From: Thermodesulfobacteriota bacterium
Lineage (GTDB): Bacteria > Desulfobacterota > RBG-13-43-22
Length of the DNA stretch: 64,000 nt
Assembly: GCA_049520575.1 (NCBI GenBank)
Contig: JBEKPQ010000002.1
Location: forward strand, 32,834 to 96,833
Reading direction: 5' to 3'
Shown here: positions 9,737 through 19,424 of the stretch, one piece after another
Layout of the letters: the number at the start of each line of letters is the position of its first letter
Numbering within the stretch: position 1 is the stretch's first letter
The notes under the pieces: generated by a model
Databases searched by the model: none
Seen by the model: only the letters and a program-made list of their open reading frames with translations
Told to the model about the DNA's origin: nothing
Program-made: the position numbers and the translations under genes

Positions 9737-9859
9737 TCCAGCGGTTACAGCCTGAATGGGCAGGCGGTCAGCATTTTGAATAAAGGCTGTAACGGTTTTA
9801 TTCAGAAGCCGTTCACGATAGGTGAGTTATCACGGAAAATACGGCAGGTCCTTGATTAG
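9737..9859 (+). pseudogene. Orphan C-terminal fragment of a receiver (REC) domain
   Basis: Translates to SSGYSLNGQAVSILNKGCNGFIQKPFTIGELSRKIRQVLD*; no upstream in-frame gene. Confidence 0.8.
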
Positions 9860-9922
9860 GCATCTTTTGGATTTTTCTCTTTGTCTTACCCTTCAACCTG
9901 GCAAGAAGATGGTTCGGCTGTG

Positions 9923-10618
9923 TTAAGGTTCAATCCGGACTTTAGTCCCGATCGGGATTTGATCAAACAATTCCTGCATATGGGAATTGATCAAGGCGAT
10001 ACACCCTTGAGTCCAATCCACTCCTATCCCTTCCCCATGGATCTCGATTAAACCTCCGATCCCAATCTCTTCGGAAAACTGGTTGTTTTTCAAGGCCTGT
10101 TCATAACGAATTCGATCCGAATCATTCGGATAGTCTAAAAGAAAGGCCAGATAGTAGTTGGTTTGACCTTGATTTTTTTTCTCAACAATCCGGTATTCCC
10201 CTTCCGGAGTTTTCATGTCTCCTTGATGGACTTTTGGCCCTTCAGGGTTTTCTCCCAGGTCAATGGGATACCATTTCAGCAATTCTCCCTCTTGGAAAAG
10301 GAGCAGTTTTCGTTGTTTCTTTTTGACTACGATTTTCCATGATTCGGGGGGAAGGACTTGGACTTTATCTTTCAAGGGGGTCAGAACTGGGACGGGGGGA
10401 GGGATATCCTCCACAATTCGGGCTGTCAAAGCCAGTTCCTCTGACCAAGGCTGGTCAATAGTCTGAGTCGGTCCCGGAGATAAGGGAATGGCCATAACTA
10501 CTTGGGGAGGTGGGACCATTGGGCGGCAGGATAACAATCCCAGAAAGAGAAAGGTGGTCAAAAGCAGAAATGGGTTTCCACTAAAATAACCGTGGCTGAT
10601 TGTAGGCTTGCCGTTCAT
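9923..10618 (-). CDS. L,D-transpeptidase family (YkuD) lipoprotein
   Basis: LGLLSC lipobox, GDMKTPEGEY and IEIHG...WTQGCIAL catalytic motif. Confidence 0.88.
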   Translation of the reverse strand: MNGKPTISHGYFSGNPFLLLTTFLFLGLLSCRPMVPPPQVVMAIPLSPGPTQTIDQPWSEELALTARIVEDIPPPVPVLTPLKDKVQVLPPESWKIVVKKKQRKLLLFQEGELLKWYPIDLGENPEGPKVHQGDMKTPEGEYRIVEKKNQGQTNYYLAFLLDYPNDSDRIRYEQALKNNQFSEEIGIGGLIEIHGEGIGVDWTQGCIALINSHMQELFDQIPIGTKVRIEP

Positions 10619-10787
10619 GTTCTCCGGTGTTTTTGAGTAGTTCCCTTTAGAATTAGTAACAAGGAAAGGCTATTGTCAAGAGAATAATTCCCTAAAAAAT
10701 AGGCGTCTAAATTTCCCTTTAACAGGTCATAAAAAAGATATTTTTTTAAGGCGGTTGAGGGGACAAGTTATAATATTTTTTTTCTTT

Positions 10788-11654
10788 TTATCGAATGACT
10801 TGCCCTCTCTTGGGCAACGAGCCAGATTTTTTCAATCGTTCCGGCAAGGCAAGATAGAAATGACTTTCCTTTTCCCTGCCTCGTTTTAAGCACCCCTGCC
10901 CATAAATACGGCATTTGGCTTTCAGTTCCTTGAAGGCTAGGTTGTATTGCACGGCAGTTAACTGCCCCGAATCTAAAATTTTAACTAGGGACTGGATACG
11001 AAAGCGATCCAAGGCAGGCGTAGTTCGAGAGAGCTGGTCCGGGTGTCCGCCCCGTTTGACCACTAAGGGCTGGTCGATCAAAAAAATGGGGAATTGGGCC
11101 GAAATCCTGAGCCAGAGGTCATAATCCTCACAGGCCGGCAGGGTCTCATCAAAACAACCCACCTGCTCGAATAATTCCCTTTGGATCATCACGGCCGAGG
11201 GACTGACCAGACATAGCAGGAGAGAAGGGGCAAAAATATCGCCTGAATATTTTCGATGTTTTTCACGGGGATTCACCCGGCGGCCGTTGCGAATCCAGAT
11301 CTCTTGGGTCTGACAAATCATGCCTTCAGGGTTTTTGGAAAAGAAGTCGATCTGTGTTTTTAATTTTTCAGGTAGCCAGAGGTCGTCGTCATCCAAAAAG
11401 GCGACCCATTTTCCTCTGGCCGTTTGGATTCCTCGGTTACGGGCCGTACTAACCCCCTGATGGTCTTGGAAGCTGTAAATTAAACGACCTTTATATGGGT
11501 TGAGGGCCTCTGCCGTTCCGTCAATGGACCCGTCGTCGACAACGATCAATTCAAAATCTTTAAAGGTTTGTTTAAAAATGGAGTCAACAGCCTCAAGGAC
11601 AAAGAAAGACCGATTGTAGGTTGGGACAATAACACTTACCAGAGGAGAAGTCAT
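10788..11654 (-). CDS. Glycosyltransferase family 2
   Basis: VSVIVPTYNR, VVDDGS, AFLDDDDLW, CEDYDLWLR. Confidence 0.92.
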   Translation of the reverse strand: MTSPLVSVIVPTYNRSFFVLEAVDSIFKQTFKDFELIVVDDGSIDGTAEALNPYKGRLIYSFQDHQGVSTARNRGIQTARGKWVAFLDDDDLWLPEKLKTQIDFFSKNPEGMICQTQEIWIRNGRRVNPREKHRKYSGDIFAPSLLLCLVSPSAVMIQRELFEQVGCFDETLPACEDYDLWLRISAQFPIFLIDQPLVVKRGGHPDQLSRTTPALDRFRIQSLVKILDSGQLTAVQYNLAFKELKAKCRIYGQGCLKRGREKESHFYLALPERLKKSGSLPKRGQVIR

Positions 11655-11670
11655 GGGAATTTTAAGAGAG

Positions 11671-13398
11671 TCACGGCACCAATAAGGCAGTCAATCCGGC
11701 TAGAATAAATCCGGCATCCACCATAGTCTCGAAAAAGACATTCCCGGGCAAAGCCCGATTTCTTTCATAAATAATGAGAAAACCAAATTGGTATAAAAGG
11801 CTGATCAGCAGCCATAGGCTCCAAAGGGGCAGAAGGCCTCCAAGAACTCCCGCCGACAAACCCGCCATAGTCGCCAGACTGATAATTTTCAGAACACGGA
11901 TGGTTTTTTCTTCTCCGATAATAATCGGTAGGGTTTCTTTGCCAACGATCATATCGCCCTGGATATCCAAAATATCAAAAAGACCGGAGCTGATATAGAC
12001 AAAAGAACAAATGACGAAAAAAATCATAATCAGAGAAAGGTTCACCGGCTGCTGTTCGGCCATGGCCGGGATCAAGGTGGTTACAGCTCCCCACCCCAGG
12101 GCCACGGAAAGGGTTTTAGATGCCGGGAGGTCTTTTATTTTTTTCATTCTGGTAAAGCGCTGCCAAACAGCCGGCACGATTTGAAAACTGTAGAGGATTC
12201 CCAAGGCACTCAAGGCGATAAGGAAAAGAAACGGGGCCAAGCCTAAGTGCAGGGCCAAGGCCAGGGAAACCAGGACGGCAGCAATTCCTGAAAAGAAGAA
12301 GGCGGATCGATGCCGCTGATAAAATTCAGAACGATCCGGATCGTTATATTCCGCAGCCCCCCGGTCAAGGAGGTGATTCAGGATGTGCATGGCATAAATA
12401 TGCAGGAAGGTTATAGCAAAATAAATCCAGTTCAAAGGGGCTTGCCGCAACCGGGAGGCGGTCAAGCTCAGGCACCCGGCCCCCAGGGCAATCATCAGAT
12501 TACTTTTTAATAAGAAACGTACCCAACTAAAAAGAAAGGTGCTCCAGGTGTATTCTCCCTGACCCTGAATCATTTCCAGTTCCTGGACTACTTTTCGAAT
12601 CATCCAGTTGGGGGTTGAAGCCCCGGCGGTAACACCCACGGTTTTAAATCGACGGATTTCATTTTTATCCAATTGATCTTCCGTCTCTATATGAAAGCAG
12701 GGAGTGCCCACGGATTCGGCGATGGCTGCCAGTCGACGGGTATTTCCGCTGTTATAACCTCCCACAACTACCAGTCCATCCACCTGCCGGGCCAGGTCAC
12801 GCACTTCTTCCTGCCGTTCGTGGGTGGCATTGCAGATGGTATTAAAAACCAGACTGTTGGGAAATCGCTCTCTGATTTTTTCCACGGCCGCCTGAAAAAG
12901 GGATTCATCCTGAGTCGTTTGGGCCACCACAATCACCTGTTTCAAATCCGGAAGCTCTTTAACCTGATCCGGATGGGTCAGGATAATTCCCCTGTCTTGA
13001 GAATAGCCCAGCAGTCCTATGACTTCCGGATGATCCCGATCGCCGACAATGATCGGGGTATATCCTTCCTGGGCATATTTCTTGATAATGGCCTGGACCT
13101 TGATCACCCTTGGACAAGTGGCGTCCACAATGGTACACCCACTCTTTTTCAGCCGATCGTGATCCTGAGGAGATATGCCGTGGGCCCGGATAACGACCGT
13201 GCCGGTTTGCCCCTCTTGAACGGGGTCCAGGATACGGATGCCTTTTTCCCCCAGCATCGATAAGACCTGAGGATTATGAATCAAGGGTCCAAAGGTGTAA
13301 ACAGGATCGGGATAATGGTAATTGGCCTCCAGGGCCATTTCCATAGCCCGGCGGACGCCCATACAAAATCCAGCCTTTTTTGCCAGACGGACTTTCAT
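11671..13398 (-). CDS. ispH: IspH fused to a C-terminal UbiA-like prenyltransferase membrane domain
   Basis: AGFCMGVRRA, IHNPQV, DATCPRV, AQTT, TICNAT and GASTP motifs, then 8-9 TM segments with NHLLD..D and DILDIQGD; start taken at MKVRLA. Confidence 0.9.
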   Translation of the reverse strand: MKVRLAKKAGFCMGVRRAMEMALEANYHYPDPVYTFGPLIHNPQVLSMLGEKGIRILDPVQEGQTGTVVIRAHGISPQDHDRLKKSGCTIVDATCPRVIKVQAIIKKYAQEGYTPIIVGDRDHPEVIGLLGYSQDRGIILTHPDQVKELPDLKQVIVVAQTTQDESLFQAAVEKIRERFPNSLVFNTICNATHERQEEVRDLARQVDGLVVVGGYNSGNTRRLAAIAESVGTPCFHIETEDQLDKNEIRRFKTVGVTAGASTPNWMIRKVVQELEMIQGQGEYTWSTFLFSWVRFLLKSNLMIALGAGCLSLTASRLRQAPLNWIYFAITFLHIYAMHILNHLLDRGAAEYNDPDRSEFYQRHRSAFFFSGIAAVLVSLALALHLGLAPFLFLIALSALGILYSFQIVPAVWQRFTRMKKIKDLPASKTLSVALGWGAVTTLIPAMAEQQPVNLSLIMIFFVICSFVYISSGLFDILDIQGDMIVGKETLPIIIGEEKTIRVLKIISLATMAGLSAGVLGGLLPLWSLWLLISLLYQFGFLIIYERNRALPGNVFFETMVDAGFILAGLTALLVP

Positions 13399-13401
13399 AA
13401 G

Positions 13402-13530
13402 TTTACCTCGATGTTGCAAAAGCCGAGGATGCTACAGATCCGAGGCAGCAAGGGTGAAGCCGTACTAAGGTACTGCGAACCCTTGCCAACAAAAGAGATG
13501 CAGCATCATACGGCTTTTCCGAAGGGTAAA
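13402..13530. repeat. GTAC-hairpin MITE-like element, divergent copy
   Basis: Nested IRs TTTACC/GGTAAA, AAAAGCCG/CGGCTTTT, GATGCT/AGCATC, GCAAGGGT/ACCCTTGC around GTAC-taag-GTAC. Confidence 0.72.
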
Positions 13531-13668
13531 AATTGATCGATATTTTAGTAAGATCCAAACTTCACCTGGGTTTGCTTTTTGCGTCGGCCCCGAAATCATT
13601 AGGACATTAGTTTATTATTATTAAATTAACATTTCTAGATCAATTTTTATGCAACTTCGAGGGTCACT

Positions 13669-14646
13669 TTACTCTAATGAACCCAGGGAATCAAAATATT
13701 CTTCAAAAAGGATCTTTAATCTTTCTTTACTTTTGGCCAAGGCCACATTTTGCCTGAATTCTCCTGATGCCGGAAGTCCCCTGGTCAGGACAAACAAGGT
13801 CCTACGCAAGGCTTTGACTTGATCCGGGCCCTGATAATTTTCCTCAATCCATTCCCAGTAGGAAAAAAGCCAATCCCTTCTTTTCTCCGGATCAGGATGG
13901 ATCGGGGTTTCTCCGGCCTCCATTTCCTTTATTTGTTTAAATATCCAAGGAGTCCTCAAGGCTTGACGGCCTATCATGATCCCATCACACTGGGTTTGCC
14001 TTTTAAGATGCAGGGCTAGCGAAGGAGAGGTGATATCTCCACTCCCAATGACAGGGATATGGACCCATGCTTTGAGTTCCGTTATCACCGACCAGTCCGC
14101 CTGACCGGAAAAACCCTGGATTGCATAACGGGGGTGGATAATCAGGGCATCGACTCCGGAATCCTCGGCGACCTGGGCCAAGGTCCGGTAGATTCGATCT
14201 CCTTCTTGCCATCCGGAGCGAATCTTGATCGTCAGGGGAAGATGGGTTGCCTTCCGAACGGCTTTTATTATCATTTTGGCTTGGTGCAGATCCTTAAGTA
14301 AGGCCGCTCCTGATCCGGATTTGGAGACCTTTTTTACTGAACAGCCCATGTTGATATCTATAATGTCCGCACCGGCTTCCCCGGACAGAACAGCGGCCCG
14401 GGCCATCACTTCCGGGTTAAAACCAAATAACTGAACCGATAAGGGATGGTCCTCGGGAACGTTTTTCAGGATCGACCAGGTCAAGGGGATCTTTCGGACC
14501 AGTCCTTCGGCGCTGACCATTTCGGTACAGGCCAGCTCGCAGCCCATTCTTCGGACCAGCAGACGGAAGGGCAGGTCCGTGTATCCGGCCATGGGGGCCA
14601 TGATATAGGGGAAAGCAATAGTTTGGGTTCCCAGTTTCATAATCAA
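13669..14646 (-). CDS. dusB: tRNA-dihydrouridine synthase
   Basis: APMAGYTD, TEMVS, DINMGC, TIKIRSGW, IHPR and GIMIGR motifs. Confidence 0.88.
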   Translation of the reverse strand: MIMKLGTQTIAFPYIMAPMAGYTDLPFRLLVRRMGCELACTEMVSAEGLVRKIPLTWSILKNVPEDHPLSVQLFGFNPEVMARAAVLSGEAGADIIDINMGCSVKKVSKSGSGAALLKDLHQAKMIIKAVRKATHLPLTIKIRSGWQEGDRIYRTLAQVAEDSGVDALIIHPRYAIQGFSGQADWSVITELKAWVHIPVIGSGDITSPSLALHLKRQTQCDGIMIGRQALRTPWIFKQIKEMEAGETPIHPDPEKRRDWLFSYWEWIEENYQGPDQVKALRRTLFVLTRGLPASGEFRQNVALAKSKERLKILFEEYFDSLGSLE

Positions 14647-14668
14647 GAGTTTAACCCGACCAGACTGA

Positions 14669-14753
14669 TTCTGGATACTGGTTTCTGGATCCTGGATAAT
14701 TGGTGAAATTCACCCGAGAAGAAGGTTTTATCCAGTATCAAGCATCCAGCATC
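14669..14753. repeat. Inverted heptamer array (GATNCTG / CAGNATC)
   Basis: ctggatactggtttctggatcctggat ... atccagtatcaagcatccagcatc. Confidence 0.75.
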
Positions 14754-14847
14754 TTTATCAAATATCTTTGGCTCGAAATTAATTCGTAAGTTGATTAGCA
14801 TATATATTTTTAAATAACATACAATCGGCAATTTGACAAACCGCAGC

Positions 14848-14876
14848 TTGACTAATCTGCTCGAATATCTTATAAA
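14848..14876 (+). promoter_or_regulatory. Sigma70-type promoter of selC
   Basis: TTGACT-17 nt-TATAAA ending 8 nt before the tRNA. Confidence 0.7.
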
Positions 14877-14884
14877 AAATTAAC

Positions 14885-14982
14885 GGAAGTGGAAAGCTCA
14901 CTGGTGGGGCTCCCGGACTTCAAATCCGGTGTGCCGTCTGAAGAGGGCGGCAGGTGGGTTCGATTCCCATGCACTTCCGCCA
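14885..14982 (+). tRNA. selC: tRNA-Sec (anticodon TCA)
   Basis: GGAAGTG/CACTTCC acceptor stem with encoded GCCA end, CCGGA-CTTCAAA-TCCGG anticodon arm, long variable arm, GTGGG-TTCGATT-CCCAT T arm. Confidence 0.95.
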
Positions 14983-15117
14983 AGTTTTCCTGATTAGATG
15001 GGGTTAGGGTTTTAATTTTTTTGTAACACCACACCATTATCATTATTAGAAATCGCCCTGGCCAACGGATAAAAAAAGCCTATTAAAAACCCCCACTGCC
15101 TAGATTTTTTCCAAGGC

Positions 15118-15146
15118 TTGACTAATCTGCCCGAATATCTTATAAA
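15118..15146 (+). promoter_or_regulatory. Near-exact duplicate of the selC promoter
   Basis: 15116-15149 matches 14846-14879 with one mismatch. Confidence 0.65.
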
Positions 15147-15425
15147 AAAATCATCTCCAAAAACGTTGGCGATAATAGAAAAAATCGAGAGTTCGAGGAT
15201 TAACCTAACCCTTTGAATCCCAGAATCCTTGGATCCTTGATTCCTTTCTCCCAACTCATTTGAAGAAGAACCTCATTATTAAGATTTGTCCACATTTTTT
15301 AGAAAAAGGCACAGTCGGGCGCAGTCGCTCAATTTAATTTTCATAGCTATTAGGGCTGTGGCTTCGTTTACCAATCTCATATCGTATCTCTTGCTTCTTC
15401 CACTAGGATTCCAACAGGAGGGAAA

Positions 15426-16655
15426 ATGGATAATTCCAGAATGCACTACGGTTGGATCGTAATCCTTATGGGCCTTCTGGTCCTTATCGGGGCCCATGGA
15501 TTCGGCCGTATGTCTTATACCCTGATCTTGCCGGCCATGAAGGACGGACTTCATTTTTCTTATACCCAGTTGGGTCTAATCGGCACCGGGAATTTTTTAG
15601 GTTATCTGTTTATGGCCTTAGTCGGCGGGGCCTTGGCCGCCCGTTTCGGGTCCCGCTTGACCATCTGTCTGGGCTTGGCCTTTATGGGAATGACCATGTT
15701 CCTGACCGGTCTGGCCCAAAAATTTGAAATGGCCTTTGCCATGCGCATGCTGACCGGCTTAGGTCATGGGGCCGCTTACGTCCCGGCTATGGCCCTGAGT
15801 TCAGCCTGGTTTGCCTCCAAGCGGCGGGGCTTTGCCACCGGCATTGTAACGGCCGGAACCGGAATCGGTACCGTGATCGCCAGTTTGGTTATCCCGATCA
15901 TCCTCAAATCCCAAGGGGTCGAGGGATGGCGTTATGCCTGGTATTTACTGGGTGCAGCCATGCTTATCATCGCCGTTTTGGACGGTGTGTTCATTCGGAG
16001 CCGACCGGAAGAAATGGGACTTCGTCCTGTTGGGGAACAGACAGACACCCCTAAGGTGCAAGCGGTTTCTGCACCGTCCAAGATCCTGAACTGGGGGGAA
16101 GTTTATAAGGTCAAGGCCGTCTGGTATCTGGGCTTGGTTTATTTCATGTACGGTTTTTCCTATATCATTTATATGACCTTTTTTGCCGCCTACCTGATCA
16201 AAGAATTGGGAATGACCCCGGCCAAAGCCGGAGGCTTATGGGCCTTGGTCGGGGGATTGAGTATTTTTTGCGGGGTAATCTGGGGAAGCATATCCGATTT
16301 TCTGGGTCGGGCCCGAGGAGCAGCCTTGGCTTATCTGATCTTGACGATCTCCTATCTGTTGTTCGCCCTGATCCGGACTGCTCCGGGCTATTATTTATCG
16401 GCTGTGTTTTTCGGCCTCAGTGCCTGGAGCATTCCAACCATTATGGCCGCTACGGCCGGTGATATGGTCGGTCCCAAGCTGGCCCCGGCCGGTCTTGGAT
16501 TTATCACTCTCTTTTTTGGAATAGGCCAAGCCTTGGGACCGTGGATTGGGGGCTATCTTTCCGATGTCAGCCGATCTTTTTCCGTCCCCTTTCTATTGGC
16601 CGGCGGGGTTTCAATCCTCGGAGGTTTGATGGCTTTAAGAATTAAAACAAAATAG
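15426..16655 (+). CDS. MFS transporter (YbfB/YjiJ-like)
   Basis: 12 hydrophobic segments, GFGRMSYTLILPAM, GALAARFGSR and SDFLGR; RBS GGAGG. Confidence 0.88.
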   Translation: MDNSRMHYGWIVILMGLLVLIGAHGFGRMSYTLILPAMKDGLHFSYTQLGLIGTGNFLGYLFMALVGGALAARFGSRLTICLGLAFMGMTMFLTGLAQKFEMAFAMRMLTGLGHGAAYVPAMALSSAWFASKRRGFATGIVTAGTGIGTVIASLVIPIILKSQGVEGWRYAWYLLGAAMLIIAVLDGVFIRSRPEEMGLRPVGEQTDTPKVQAVSAPSKILNWGEVYKVKAVWYLGLVYFMYGFSYIIYMTFFAAYLIKELGMTPAKAGGLWALVGGLSIFCGVIWGSISDFLGRARGAALAYLILTISYLLFALIRTAPGYYLSAVFFGLSAWSIPTIMAATAGDMVGPKLAPAGLGFITLFFGIGQALGPWIGGYLSDVSRSFSVPFLLAGGVSILGGLMALRIKTK

Positions 16656-16660
16656 AGAAA

Positions 16661-16763
16661 GATGCTGGATGCTGGATTCTTGATGCTGGATACTTGATAC
16701 TGGATAGTCGATGATCCTTTTTATCGGCTCGATGCTTAAGGTTTTTCTCCAGCATCCAATATC
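16661..16763. repeat. Inverted heptamer array (GATGCTG family) between convergent genes
   Basis: gatgctggatgctggattcttgatgctggatacttgatactggat ... tccagcatccaatatc. Confidence 0.78.
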
Positions 16764-16769
16764 AGTCCT

Positions 16770-17948
16770 CTATTTTTTTCCTCGTATCCTGTCTACAAGC
16801 CCCCGAGGGACCCATAACCCTTCATGGGGACAATGTTCCAGACAACAATAACACTCAATGCACAGCTCCTGATTAAGGGCTAACCCTTGGTCGGAGAGTG
16901 TCAAAGCCTGGGCCGGACAAGCCTGAACACATAGGCCGCATTCTTGACACTGTTCCGGACGCCAGCGAGGTTTGGCTTCGTACAACCAGTCATAGGCCCG
17001 GCCGATCAACCAGGTTGGTATGACCCTCTCGGCCCACTCACGTGATCTAGTAAAAGGGTGTTTAAAACCAGGAACCGGAAGTTCAGACCAGTCAGCTCCC
17101 CGAAGTTCGATACGAGACGGGTCGGCGATTCCTAAGCCGGCCTTGGTAGCCAGAACAATGGTAAGGACTCTGGCCGGATTAAATCCCATGATGGAAGCAG
17201 CAGCAACATCCAAAGCCACTGGGTCCGTCGAAGCCAGAAGCCAGCCGGTTTGCCTGGCCTGGCCGTGGCCAGGGCCGATCCCTTCCATGGCGATGACCCC
17301 ATCCATGAGATTCAAGGTCAAAGGGACTTTAGCCCTTATCCCGCTGAAAATATCAACCAAGGCCTGGGACATGGCCGGGCCACTGAAGGCAATCTTATGA
17401 ACGGCGCGTTTGAGCGAACCGGGCAGTAAGCCCAGACAATTTTTAATCGCCCCGGTGATCCCGGTCAGGATGTGCGTTTTCATCTTGGGCAGATTGACAA
17501 TGGCATCAACCTGCTCCAACAAGTCCGTGGCCATGAATTTAGGCAATATCTGGCCTTCAGGGCTTTGGAGTTCGATAACTCGGAGTTCCTCAAGATTGAC
17601 TAACTCAGCCTTGAGGCGGACTGCCGCCTGATCCAGCCCCATGATTGTATAAGCCCGTTTGGTCTTGCCGTAAGACCCCATTCCACTGGAATCGGCGATA
17701 ACCAGTTTAACTTGATGACGGTTAAGCAGGTAATCTCCAACCGCCTCAATCACCTCAACCCTGGTATTGACCGGCTGATCAGGACCATGGTCGGCCGATA
17801 GACAATTGGGTTTAAGCAGGACCCGGGCGCCCTTGGACAAAGGGAGGGGTTCCAGGGCGGATAAAATTTTTTCCACCGCCCTGGTCATATAGGCTGGTTG
17901 ATAATCCGGACAGCGGCAGACACTGACCCGGCTGGAATATTCAGGCAT
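16770..17948 (-). CDS. DUF362 protein with C-terminal 2x[4Fe-4S] domain
   Basis: VLLKPN, NLPKMKTH, GAIKNCLG, STDPVALD, CQECGLCVQACP and CIECYCCLEHCP. Confidence 0.88.
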   Translation of the reverse strand: MPEYSSRVSVCRCPDYQPAYMTRAVEKILSALEPLPLSKGARVLLKPNCLSADHGPDQPVNTRVEVIEAVGDYLLNRHQVKLVIADSSGMGSYGKTKRAYTIMGLDQAAVRLKAELVNLEELRVIELQSPEGQILPKFMATDLLEQVDAIVNLPKMKTHILTGITGAIKNCLGLLPGSLKRAVHKIAFSGPAMSQALVDIFSGIRAKVPLTLNLMDGVIAMEGIGPGHGQARQTGWLLASTDPVALDVAAASIMGFNPARVLTIVLATKAGLGIADPSRIELRGADWSELPVPGFKHPFTRSREWAERVIPTWLIGRAYDWLYEAKPRWRPEQCQECGLCVQACPAQALTLSDQGLALNQELCIECYCCLEHCPHEGLWVPRGLVDRIRGKK

Positions 17949-17971
17949 AGGAATTTTAATTTATTTATCGT

Positions 17972-18598
17972 TTATGACTGCGCAGGTTGGGAGACAACTC
18001 TTTCCACAATCGGGAGCCCTTCTCCCGCCTTTAGATCATCATAAAACCGGGCTAACGTAGTTTGCAAATAAGGCATGATCCACAGGAAGCCTATTCCTAG
18101 GCTTAGGATTCCCAACAGGAACCAGCCAAAGAATCTCCAGAAGAGATAAAATAACTTCCAACGGTTTCCTATCATCATGTCCTTGCTTTTACGCAAGGCA
18201 TCCGACCCGGCCATCTGAGGGTTCTCAGCCAAGATGAAAAAGGTCTGGGAATAGGAAAAGAAGGCGACAATACCGGGAATGACCAGAAGGATGGTCCAGA
18301 GTAAAATAAATAAGATCATCAAAAGATAGGCCACCAGGGCCTGGGTAAAACGCTGGAAACCGTCAAATAACTGGGAGAGTTGGGCGTCTTGTTTTCGGGA
18401 AAAGGACAGAAAAAAAACGGACATTCCTAAAATTAAAGGACCGTTGATGATCAGGCTTCCGATCCAACCCACTTTCGGGATAGCTGAAATCAGTATGGCA
18501 AGGATAAAATAGATCACACTTCCGCCGATAGCCAATCCCCAACGCTCTTTCAGGGCTTCTCTGGCCTGTTGCATCAAAGCGCGATTCGTGGTTTCCAT
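17972..18598 (-). CDS. DUF975 family membrane protein
   Basis: LWTILLVIPGIVAFFSYSQTFFILAENP and ALRKSKDMMIGNRWKLF. Confidence 0.88.
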   Translation of the reverse strand: METTNRALMQQAREALKERWGLAIGGSVIYFILAILISAIPKVGWIGSLIINGPLILGMSVFFLSFSRKQDAQLSQLFDGFQRFTQALVAYLLMILFILLWTILLVIPGIVAFFSYSQTFFILAENPQMAGSDALRKSKDMMIGNRWKLFYLFWRFFGWFLLGILSLGIGFLWIMPYLQTTLARFYDDLKAGEGLPIVERVVSQPAQS

Positions 18599-18632
18599 AG
18601 AACACCTCCTTGTTATTATTTCCCGCAGATTT

Positions 18633-19424
18633 TTAGATTATACTAAATTTCCAGGCACAAAACCAGTTCTCCGGGTGATGATCCGGAGGACAGCCGAGAC
18701 ATTCGGTTTTGATCCGACGGTCAATCGTCGAAGCAAAAAAGGGATATTCGACCAGGCCCGCAGATTTGCAGGGATAATCGGGCAATCCTTTCCGTTTTCT
18801 GGCCGACTGGACACGGCAGTCGTTCATGTAAAATACAAATTGGGTCTTATCTATCTCTTCAATGGATTGTCTATTGATTTGGGCATAAATGCGGAACCCA
18901 AGCGCGGTTTTTAATCCTTCCAGCCCCGGAGATTCAGGCAAACCCAGGAGTTTTTTGATCCTCCAGGCTTCGTAAGGGGAAAAACGGGACCAGCAGGTGT
19001 CGTTACAGCGTTTGGCATAGTCCATCCCATATTGGTTTTCCACGGTTTGAAACCAGACCCCGTCAGCAGCCAGCCAATTGAGGGCCAAGGTATCAATAGC
19101 CTCAAGCAGTTTTTCTTTGCTCAAGGATTTCAAAATCCGGGGAACCCCATTTTCGATTTCGAAACCGAATAGACCGGCCAGACGTTTTAATATGATTTGC
19201 CAAGCCTGATCCCCGGCTTCCCCTTCAATTTCGGCGGCCCTTTCAATGCCAAGCTGATATTCTACTTCTCGAAACCAGCAGCCGTAATGGATCAAGGTCC
19301 TCCGAAATCCTTCCATGAGCCACTGGACCAGTTCGGGTTGGGATAACTCATCCATACCTTTTGGAAAATTATGTTCAGACATCAAGTTTCCTTTTTTTAC
19401 ACTTGGTTTCTTTCCTTGGATCAA
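18633..19424 (-). CDS. DUF6125 family protein (true start may be MSEHN, ~14 codons in)
   Basis: Tandem HYGCWF / ADGVWFQ repeats, CRVQSARKRKGLPDYPCK and CPPD..P..WFCAWKF. Confidence 0.75.
   Translation of the reverse strand: MIQGKKPSVKKGNLMSEHNFPKGMDELSQPELVQWLMEGFRRTLIHYGCWFREVEYQLGIERAAEIEGEAGDQAWQIILKRLAGLFGFEIENGVPRILKSLSKEKLLEAIDTLALNWLAADGVWFQTVENQYGMDYAKRCNDTCWSRFSPYEAWRIKKLLGLPESPGLEGLKTALGFRIYAQINRQSIEEIDKTQFVFYMNDCRVQSARKRKGLPDYPCKSAGLVEYPFFASTIDRRIKTECLGCPPDHHPENWFCAWKFSII

Noticed and set aside
13669-14982. dusB divergent from selC as a dedicated tRNA-Sec modification module
   Set aside because: Only adjacency supports it; the Dus protein looks like an ordinary DusB.
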